A stretch of DNA of 64,000 nucleotides. Origin: Auanema rhodensis. Lineage: Eukaryota > Animalia > Nematoda. Below the pieces are notes generated by a model, which made no database searches, had not been told where the DNA came from, and saw only the letters and a list, made by a program, of their open reading frames with translations. The stretch covers positions 10,726,001-10,790,000 of the forward strand of contig OZ059896.1 of NCBI GenBank assembly GCA_964057225.1. The letters run 5' to 3'. Shown here piece by piece: positions 53,683 to 64,000 of the stretch; within the stretch, counting starts at the first letter, position 1; every line of letters begins with the position of its first letter. A program made the position numbers and the translations under genes.

Positions 53683-54989
53683 TTTGATTTTATTCTTTCA
53701 ACAATTTCTTTCAATTGTTTTACGATATTTACCTTCATTCAGGTACGGAAGCTCATCCTATGCGAACAGGAAAACTACCAGATTTACCTTGATCTCTATT
53801 GCTCATATGTTTTGTAATTCAAATTTTGTATATTTTTTTGAAAAACAAAAAAAAAAAAAAAAAGATTTTGGGTATATTAGAATATGAATATAATTAAAAA
53901 TTTATAAAAGATTATATATCTATTTATATATATATAGTGTATATATTAAATATGTAAATAGTATATTTTATATATTTAAAAAAGAAAAAAATAAGATGAA
54001 AACAGTGCTTATATACACATTATTGAAAAAAAAAATTGACAATCTTTCAGTGAATTGTAGAAATTCTGCTGATTAATGTTGAATTCACAAGCTATAAAAT
54101 AAATATATAAGTAAATAAACAACACATTTTAATTATATAAATACACATATTACATTCATTTATCATATAAATATATATTTATATATTAATGAATACTTAA
54201 AAAAAATAATAATTAATGGATGTATTATCGTCTTAGTTCATGTTATAATATATAATTATAATTATATAAATGTCATAAACATTATGATAAAGTATAAAAT
54301 ATAAGCTTATATAATATATAAATAGATAAATAGATAGATAAATGGATAGATAGTAAAGGCATAACTATAATATTTATATAATTTCTTAATTACATATAAC
54401 TTATATGTTACTTTTTCTATTACATTATATGTTTCTCTATAGAAATTTAGTATTTTTGCAAATATAAACGTTGTACTATGTCAACAGAATCTGTAGAACC
54501 ATTGTTTCGAAGAAGCAAATTTGGTGATTCTGACGGTATTTAGGCTTTACGCTCGTAACGTCTTTGTCTAAACGTTATGGTCAGGACTTTTCTGTCATCT
54601 TCCTTTTCATCTTTCAGTCAATGTCGTTATCTCAGTCTATTTTAAAATATCGATATATCAAGCATTCTTTTTATTTTTATGAATCAATTATAATTATAAA
54701 ATTATATTTCTATTCTATTTTATATATAATATTATATTAAATTGTTAGTATATTTTATGTTACTTTAATTTTTAAATACAAAATCTTTAAAAATAAGGTC
54801 AAAAAGCTTGACCTTTTTTTGAATTTCTTTTACTTTTTTTCAAAATGAAATCGTCTTATCAGATCATGTTTTCTCACTAAATCGACATTAAATCTAAAAT
54901 CGATAATCGAATTGTTTGCCTATTAAAGTTTTGATAATATATCATAATTATTAAATGTTTATTATATAATATTATTATTCTTATTGTAG

Positions 54990-56166
54990 ATGACGTCATC
55001 AGCTAGAGTTCAAGGTGTTGCGCTCATTACGGGTGCTAATCGTGGGGTTGGCTTAGAGTTAACAGCATCACTATTAAATAATCCTTTAATAACAAAAGTT
55101 TATGCTGGATGTCGTAATCCTGATAAGAGCTTCGTAAGAACTTATTTAAATTTTGAAATAAAATGAATTGAATCTTATTTAGGATCTTACTTCATTACCC
55201 GATCCTTATAAAAAATTGACAATATTAGAATTAGATATATCAAAGGATTGGGGTATTCGTCTTGCTTACGAGACACTTGAAAATAATTCTGGAAAACTGA
55301 ATATTCTAATTAACAATGCTGCAACACTTGATCAAGTAAAACTTTGGGAAAAAAACTTTTTTTTTCTAAAAATCTTTGATTAGGATGGAAAAGCTGGTAT
55401 TGGCAAAGGAGAACGTGTATCATGGTTGAAACATTTTGATGTAAATATTGTCTCACATGCCATGGTTATTCAGGTAAGAGCATTTTATTTAAATTTAAGT
55501 TGTTTAAATTAAATAAAAGATAAACGGTTTTAATGAATTTTCGGAAGAAAAAGTAGAAGAAGATGAAATTTTTGCAACGTTTATGATGTTTGAATAGTTT
55601 GTGTGAATGTCTTCTTTGTCTATATTGACGAACAAAACTTCAACAAAAGTTTTCAAAATCTAAATATTTAAATAAATCTTTATGAACGGCAATTATAATA
55701 TTTATTATAGGAATTTTTACCTCTTTTAAACAAAGGATTACAAAATAATGAAAATGTTACAATTATAAATATTTCTGGTTTAAAAGGATCTATTGAAGAA
55801 GGTGGAAATAGTGAAATATGTCATGGAAATTATGCTTATATGTGTTCAAAGGTTAACTTTATATTTTTTGTTTGTTTATTTGTTTATTTAATTTGAAGGC
55901 AGCTCTTAATAAGCTAACTAAAACACTTTCATCTGAATATCCGAATATGCTTGTCGTTTCAATGTGTCCTGGTTGGAACAAAACTTCAATGGGAGGAGCT
56001 GCTGTAAGTTAATTGAAAACTTGTATAACAGTCATATTTATGTATTTGATAGGCATTAGATGATCCAAAAGATACAGCTCCGAAGTTATTAGAATCAGTG
56101 AATTCAATGAATTTATCATGTTCTGGAGGTTTTTTCAATCGCAAAGGTAATAGGATTCCATTTTGA
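54990..56166 (+). CDS. Short-chain dehydrogenase/reductase, C-factor (CsgA)-like
   Basis: Motifs ITGANRGVG, LINNAA, FDVN, YxxxK (YMCSKAALN), CPGWNKTSMGG and C-terminal SGGFFNRKGNRIPF*. Confidence 0.92.
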
Positions 56167-56543
56167 ATAATCAAATAGTAATATTGATGTGTTGATTATT
56201 TATTTGTTGTTGTTCTATTTATATATATTATAGATAATTATATGTGAGCAAAAAGAAATTTAATATAATAAATTGTTTATAAAACTATGTATATTTCATG
56301 AAATCAAACAATTTTGTGAAAAAAAAGTGAATAATACCCGCACTGGCTGATTATAGTGGCATCATAGAAAAATGAATGCACAGACAAGAAAGAAAATGTT
56401 TGAGAGCATCTAGACAACTTCTTTTTCGAAATCAACAAACTTGCAATGACAAACTTTAAAATGGAGAAAGTACATTGTGAAATTGATAATGGTGACGATG
56501 ATGATATGAGATAACTGGAGATAGTCGCAAAATGCTGATAACT

Positions 56544-57556
56544 TTATTCGGAAGACGCTGATGGCGGTGAGCTCCTATTTGCCATTTCAACTTCAACTTC
56601 AATTCTGAAAAATAATAAAAATAGTATCTTATCAATGTACCCGATAATAGCTATAATAAAGAGAAAATATGAGAGCATGTTCGAACCTTGCAGGTGCTGA
56701 TGTTCCCTGAGATGATTCGGCTGTCGGTCTCTGAGCATTCGAAGACGAAGTCATTGTGTTCTGAAGAGAAAACGAATATTTTAGGATTCAATATCAGAAA
56801 ATAGCAAACAATTACTGATTAAAAACATTTTTTTATGTTTAAAACGAAATAAAACTTACAACTGGTGATGGAGAAACGGGAGTCAATGGAGCACTTCGAA
56901 TGGCTTCATCGTAAGAAGGTGGAGCATCAAACTTTGGATCGTGAACTGCTGGAGTAATATACATCGGAAGAGGAGATGTAGATGTTGGACGGGCGAACGT
57001 TGTCCTATCATGAGAGATTCGAACACCCGTTGAAGCAGTCATATGTCTCTGAAAATATAGAATAAGTACATGTCTATACTATACTATATTATATTAAATA
57101 TATAAAATAAATAGAAGTAACACCAACCGAACTTGATTGCGTTCGATCCTGTTGTCGTCGAGATCTTCGATTACTGACGAGCATACAAAACAGAGTCACA
57201 ACTACACTGACGACAGCAATAGCAGCTTAAAATTAAAAATTATTGCAAAAATAAAAAGGAATATTTGCTCAATATCGAGAATATTGTAAATGGAACTTTC
57301 GTTATTGATAGAAAAGTGAAGTTTTTTTTTTGAGAATTAAAGGACAAAACACTTCACTTATTGAACTTATGAGTACAGCCATAGGCTATATTTAAATATT
57401 TACTATATGATATAAAACATTACAAATAACTTTTAAAGTAGTGTAAATATTAAAATTAAAAAAAAATATATCAAATTGATTACCTATAATCAAAACAGTT
57501 AGGGCTCCATTAGGAATACCTTTACTAGATCCTGAATTATTATCAACAGGTCCCAT
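56544..57556 (-). CDS. Small single-pass membrane protein with a cytoplasmic PPxY motif
   Basis: Five exons: MGPVDNNSGSSKGIPNGALTVLII|AAIAVVSVVVTLFCMLVSNRRSRR...DAPPSYDEAI...SSE*. TM is followed by a basic stop-transfer cluster. Confidence 0.8.
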
Positions 57557-60500
57557 TATGTTTATATCTTAAAATAAATATATTTATATATATAGATATA
57601 TGTATATAATTATATTCATTTATTATTATATTTATATAATATAAAGAAGAAAAAATGGTTATGTTACAAATGATTTTTTGAACTTTATATTCGATGTCAA
57701 AGAAAAAACGATATGAACTGGAGTATATGATTCAGGAAATGCCGAAGCCCCGACGGCAAGTTTTTCATCACCGTTGGGAGAAAGAGATGAGGGGGGGGGG
57801 GTAAAGGTGAAGCAGAGAGTGAAACTTAAACAAACTATGAAAGAGAGAAAGAAAGCGAAAATGAGAAATAGATTAAAATAAGAAGAGAGTGGATAGAAAG
57901 TCAATAGTAGAACGACAAGGTGATGAGAAACCATGAGAACAGTAGACATAGGATTTCAATGGCTGAAGGTAAAGTATGGTTGTGTAGAGAAAGAAAATTG
58001 AGAACGAGAATAAACTGATAGAATAGAAGAATTATGAAGTTAAAGTAATGAGTATTTGGAGAAAATATAGAATAAAGAAAAAGTAGATAAACGAAAATAT
58101 AATTAATAAGAAATGCTGACTAACAATATATATTGGTTTTTTTAAAGAAATTATGACGAAATAGAAGAGAAGAATGTTGAAAGAGAAATAATATAATTAT
58201 GTAATTTTGAAGTCTACTATGATTATTTCAATATAAATTTCCATCAAAAAATTGGAACATTTTAACGGCTTTAGATATATTTTGTACTAGAAGGTCATCT
58301 GTAAAGTAAATAGTAATGATTAAAATGAAAAATGTAGAATAAGAACTAGAAATTTTAACTATACATATAGCTAGCTGAACAAAAATCCAAGTGAATTGAA
58401 AGATGTCGATATTGAAATGGTTCTTCCCTCTGATTGATTTGCTAATCCAAAAGTCAAACCGTTCAAATTATGAAATTTTGCTCCGATCAAATGAAATGCT
58501 CTGAGAAAAAACGTGAAAAATCGACGTGTGGGGGAGGTGGCGCAGCTTTCAAGACGATGAGCATGATGAAGCAGTTGTATACACATGGGGGTGAATGTTA
58601 TCGAACAATCTATGTAGTTCTAGTTTTTAATCCAACAATGTCTACTTCTTCTAGATACACTTCTTTCAGTTTTTACATCATTTTTTCTCTCAAAGAACAA
58701 TTATTGAGATGTTAAGAGCAAGCTAGATAAAACGCATGATGAGATGCTTGTCATGATGAATAATAAGAAAATGATGAAGACGATCATGAAGATGATAGGA
58801 AGAACGGCAGCATGCCAGACGGAGCTTCTGTGTTGCCGTTAAGTTGACATCAAAGAAAACAGTAGAAGAATAAGCGTCATGAGAGAAAGTGAGAACGCAA
58901 GAGTGATGAGGTGAAGCAAAGAATGAGGAAAGGAAGAGGTCTATTTGAAAATCAAATAAAAGGTCTAATAGATTGGAAATAAGTTTGTTTAATAAACATA
59001 AACTTTCTCTCTATCCCTTTTTCTCTTTCATTCTCTCTTCACTTTGTATTAACTATTTCTGTCCTGTATCACTCTGCATACATATATTATCATAAAGATT
59101 ATGATGTTCAGAATGAGATACATATTATAAACATTATTATAATATATATATTTAAATATAATATAATAAGAATTATAATTAATTTTATTATAAATAAGAT
59201 TTTTATTTCTATTTTTTTTCAATATAATAACTCTTTTTAAATATTATATAAGATACAATCTAAATACTATATGAGCATACATATCTATCTATCTAGTATA
59301 CTATGTATATAAATACATATAGATAAATACATAGATATAAACTTATGTACTTTCAAATATATATATTGAAGAAATTTGAATAAATAAGAATATATACTCA
59401 TATCAAAATTTATTTTTAAAATTATATATATATTTAATTGTTTGAATTTATAAAATTATATTAGTTAATGAAAGTAACTCATCTTTGTCAGTTTTTACAC
59501 CAATCCCTCGTTCTGTTTTTCAAAAAAAGTTTTAAAAAGAAAAAAAGTGACAGCAAAGGAGAGGATATGAATTGAAATATGAAAATGAAATGATTTTCAT
59601 GAAAATTGATTGGAAAGAGATACTTTTTACATGAAAGAAATGAAAACAAATGAAATAGAAGACGGCATGACATACATATGATGAGTAAACTTGAACTTCT
59701 GATGTTCTAAAGATCAGAAGAGCAACGACAGAGTAACGTCAGAAGTTGGCAGCATCACCCAGTTTAAAGTAAATATACTCTTTTGGTCCAGAAATCTTTG
59801 TGTTGAACACTACTGCTTGTTTAACGATTTGAGCCCGTGAGGACCGGGTAATGGAAAGCTCCGTTTACCGATCCGTCACTGTTTCTCTTACAAACAAGAT
59901 GATGAAATGTTCTTGTTTATAATCTATTAGATTGAACTATAAAACAAGAAAAAAAAAAGAAGCAAAAAGAGAATATACAGAAACTTTATCTGAATTTATC
60001 TTCTCTATTCTCTCAAAGATTTTAATTACAGAACGTTAACAGCTTGCTTTTGAACTGGAATCATATAAATCTGATAGTGAAGTTATGGCTTTAACCGGTT
60101 AAAAATATTTGGAAAAAATTGATATTCGCATTAAGGAAAGCACACGAATCATTATTTATCTGTTTAATGGTCGAAATTTTAGTTATATATTAGAATATGA
60201 AGCTATTTTAAGTAATAATAACTATATAAAAGTCGTTGAAGTGAAATATGTATATGATAAACGAATTGATAGTCAAAGAGAAATGAATAGAAATCGAATA
60301 TTTGAATTTTGCATGTGAATACAGCACAAATATTTCCTCTTTAGTGATCTTTCTATCTCATTCTTTCGATTCAACTCTCTCTTCTCTTTCTTTCTCTCTC
60401 TCTATCTATCTATATATCTGTCTATCTATCTCTCTCTCTCTATCTATCTATCTCATTCTCTTTGGTATTCATTATATTACTCTCCATCTTTCTTTCTCTC

Positions 60501-62006
60501 TTTTTCTCCCTCTATCTGTAAGCTAGTATAAGTATGTATGTGTTCCTAAACAACGTAGTCCATTTTCTCAATTTGAAAAGAAGGATTACTAATTCAACTT
60601 TATAATCAATAAAATATCCTTTGAGAAGGTAATCGGTAGAGTTTTAATAAGAATCTAAAGAATTTCCAATGGGTGAAACATAATATCGTTACCTTGTGTG
60701 GCTTACATTTCAACATACTCATTGTATCTCTCCATTGTTTCTTCATGCTTATTAATGGAAAAATGCAATTTTTGAGAATAAAGTTCGGGTATTCCCATGA
60801 ATTTATAAAAAAAATAAAATTTCATATAAATTTTGATTATAATTATTAAAATAAATAATATATATATACATATATATATAGTAAAATATTTGTAATACAA
60901 TTAAAAGACAATGAGAATAAAGAGAGGCCATGGCATGATAGATTGTTTTCTAAAGAAATGACAATAATTCAAAAAATTCTACAACATGAATAGTTCAAAA
61001 AATCATTTATAAATATTCTATTTCAATATAATTGATAAATAGGAATTTAGTTAAAGAATAATGGTTCAACCTACCGTTCGCAAGGAGCTTCGATGTAAAG
61101 AATGATTGTATGGATGGTATTTGAAGAGAGTAAAGAAATTTTTTTCTTTTCTTTTTTTCACTACTCGCTCTATCTCTCTCTTACTATTTCTCTTAACTTC
61201 TCAACTCTTTCACCTTCTAACGTACTTCTTCAATCTCTCTTTCTCTATTTATCTCTTCCTCCATTTCTCAACCAAGAACAAATGTTTGCCATTTTCACCA
61301 TCACTTCTATCAGCAATATCTACTCATTCTAAGTACACAAAAGACTACAAGAAAGTTTAGGTTCCGATGCTGAAAGACAACATGCAAAGATTCTGTTCAA
61401 AAGATAAAGAGGTTACAAAACTTATTTTGTGATAACACTGTTCATATGATTTATGTACACTTTGTGTGAAATACTTAAACACATAATATATCTTTAAATA
61501 TATTTATTTTTTTTAATATTTTATTTTAATAATTATAATTATATTTTATTTTTTAAAATAAATATAAACCTATTTCTAATATTATTATTTTATTTTACAG
61601 AGAACTAGTTATAGAGACTCAAACAGGATTAACTTTGAAACTTGTACATTGTGCTCTTTTCTATCATCTTTATAAATTTATTCGTCACACAAAAAAAGAG
61701 CAAAAACTTTATTTGATTTGACTTCTCAACCTTTCAGAGTTGTTCTATTCATTTTTTTATTGCAATATTTAATTGTATTATAATATTTGTATTTAATTAA
61801 AAAAAAAATATATGAAATAAATAAGAATAAAATTGAAAGATATTTATGAATATTGTTTTCTTTTCTTCAACAAAAACAATCTTTTTGTTGTTTTTCTTAA
61901 AACTTATATTAAACTGATTCATAATAAATAAAAAATAATGTTTATTTAATTGAAATTATTGTTGTTTTTCTAATAGACTGTTATTATTTTTCTATTTCTT
62001 ATCATA

Positions 62007-62704
62007 TTAAGCTAAAATTCCAAAACGATCAAAATGTCTTGTTACTATATAAAGTGTTAATTGAATTTCTCCCATAGATACACAACTAAGTTTTGGACGT
62101 TCTTCCGGATCATTCAAAACTTCTAAATTTGATACTTGTAATCCTCCTCCAACAAAGCTTTGCATTAATTCATCACGAGTGCTGCCTTTTGGTCTCCAAA
62201 TAGGGGAGCTTAACTATAAAAATTCATATGAAATGTATATGTAATGAATAATAATATTAACTGTATGTGCTCCTGGAGCCGTTGGAACAAAAATGGAGCC
62301 ATACCCATATAGTTCTTGTCTATTATAGTCATCATAATGCCATATTTGAAAATGAAATTTCGGCCAACCTAAAGAATACTCTCTATAACATCATACGTCC
62401 AGCAAAAAAAAAGAATAAAAATAACTTTTAATAGAATTACCTTGAATTGTTTTAGTTGCTAAATGTAAATCTATAGGCTGAGAAAAAAAACATGGCTCAA
62501 ACGATGATGGTATATCTGTATGACTTTGACCACTTGTATGACCTTCTATAACTTTCCAACCACCACCTAGATGTTTAATTAAATATAAGAAATGTGTTTA
62601 AGCACAACTAATTAACCTATTTCTAATGACCAACAACATGATAATCGATTGCTTTTGAAGCCTGAGCCACTTTCAAGTTGGCCACAGATGTATAATTCTG
62701 CCAT
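62007..62704 (-). CDS. mksr-2: B9 domain-containing protein 2 (ciliary transition zone, MKS module)
   Basis: Four exons: [16 protein letters not shown]...GGGWKVIEG...[25 protein letters not shown]...[12 protein letters not shown]...WRPKGS...FVGGGLQ...HFDRFGILA*. Not reported by the ORF track. Confidence 0.94.
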
Positions 62705-62846
62705 GAGCTATAATGAAGATAACAAATAATTTATTAAACATAAAAAAATAAATTTAACAACATTTCTTAAAAAGAAAATAAAAACTCTATACATCAACGA
62801 AATAACATACAACTGAAACATTGACTTATAGTGGTCAATAACAACA

Positions 62847-62860
62847 GTTGCTATGGCAAC
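62847..62860. promoter_or_regulatory. X-box (RFX/DAF-19 site) of mksr-2
   Basis: GTTGCTATGGCAAC (reverse: GTTGCCATAGCAAC), a canonical 14-bp X-box ~143 bp upstream of the ATG of a ciliary gene. Confidence 0.9.
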
Positions 62861-62934
62861 AACACGGTCCTTTTCATTAACTATTTGATACCTATGTAGT
62901 TCAATTGTAAAATTTCTTATATTTATACCATTTT

Positions 62935-64000
62935 TTAACAATGATCCTATAATAATTTAAATGATTAATTAAATAATTAAAAAGTTTCATTTACTTTAGC
63001 GATTCCTGTATACATAGCCATTTGTGCTGAAGATTCAGTTATACCCTGTGAACGATTACGAAGCAATTCTCCCATGCACATAACCACGCCAAAATCAAAT
63101 CGAGGTAAAATTTTATTTGCTGAAAAAAAAGAAAAATATTGTTTTTATTTCAATATATGTATATATAAGTATATGAAAATTGTATCTTACCAACTATTTG
63201 ATGTAAGTCAGCGAGCATTTTGAAGTATTCCATTCCAAAAATACAAGTACCATGTCGACTATACTCACAAGGGAAAATCTCTGACCATTCGTTATACCTT
63301 TTTTTAAATAAAATAATACATGTAAATATATATTTATATAACTTACCTTGTTATATATTTGTCCTCTGTTTTGCATCCTCCTTTTAATTGGCCAGGTAAT
63401 TGTAAATCTGGGGATGAAAGAAGAGTAGGCCATAGTAATTCATCAGTAGCAAATCTCTAAAGTAATTCCAAATATATATAAAAGTTTAAAATATAATAAA
63501 GAAGTTTACATATGGTTGTTCAAATTCATTCAATAAATTTTCCAAATTCATGTTATGAATTACAAACTGAATAAGTTCACGAGACAGAAATACTTGATTA
63601 TACATTTGAGAAACGCTTAATTCAGCATTTGCTTGTCTTTTCGTAACCAATGATTCTAAAAAAAATAATTAAAATAAATTTATAATTTAATGATTTAGAT
63701 ACCATTTTTCCAAAGATTAATAGATTTAGCTGTACGAGTTCTTAAAAAATTATACCTTTTAAGATGAGCACGTTTATAACCCACTGAATGTGATCCATTC
63801 AAAAATTGAATAATTTGACTAATTTCTTTATTAGTTTTTAGAATAATATCATAATTCTAAAAATATATAATTCTAAAATTAGAAATATTAGTTTTTTCTG
63901 TACCTGTAACCACAGGATATAACTCCACTTATTATATGATTTAAACAATACTTTTGTACAATCCCAATGTCCAAAATTCATATAATGACCTAGTGAATCA
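62935..64000 (-). CDS. Core-2/I-branching (GT14) glycosyltransferase-like gene, 3' part (5' end outside window)
   Basis: Motifs KWSYILWLQ|NYDIILKTNKEI...LNGS, ATDELLWPTL, LPG, RHGTCIFGME, ANKILPRFDFGVVMCMGE. The exact stop is uncertain (62935 if the last intron is spliced, ~62978 if not). Confidence 0.8.

Noticed and set aside
60090-60103. 14-bp palindrome tttaaccggttaaa (Grainyhead-like core)
   Set aside because: A single isolated site with no assignable target.

Overview
AT-rich eukaryotic genomic DNA from a rhabditid-type nematode. The basis is ~45-nt GT-AG introns with tttcag/tttag acceptors, ATGs just behind trans-splice-like acceptors, C. elegans-like tRNAs and UNC-31/MKSR-2-like sequences. 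The ORF track shows only exon fragments, so genes were reassembled by hand. In order: 3' part of a large non-classical cadherin (+, to 12315); a stand-alone, intron-containing BEL/Pao Gag-like gene (-); tRNA-Lys(CTT); unc-31/CAPS (-, 15053-25118) with an intronic mariner-type MITE, a 12-nt microexon and a 36-nt cassette exon; ~11 kb of microsatellite-rich upstream DNA; tRNA-Ser(CGA); a histidine-phosphatase-family gene lacking the catalytic His; a 111-aa orphan; a cng-2-like CNG channel; a truncated mariner next to an inverted-repeat-bounded block holding ~14.5 copies of a 200-bp satellite; a small 4-TM gene; a C-factor-like SDR; a PPxY single-pass protein; mksr-2/B9D2 with a perfect X-box; and the 3' part of a GT14 glycosyltransferase. 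The best novelty candidate is the apparently domesticated Gag. Next are the satellite-bearing composite element and an apparently obligatory GA-AG intron in the cadherin. No database searches were run, so gene names come from recalled motif similarity.
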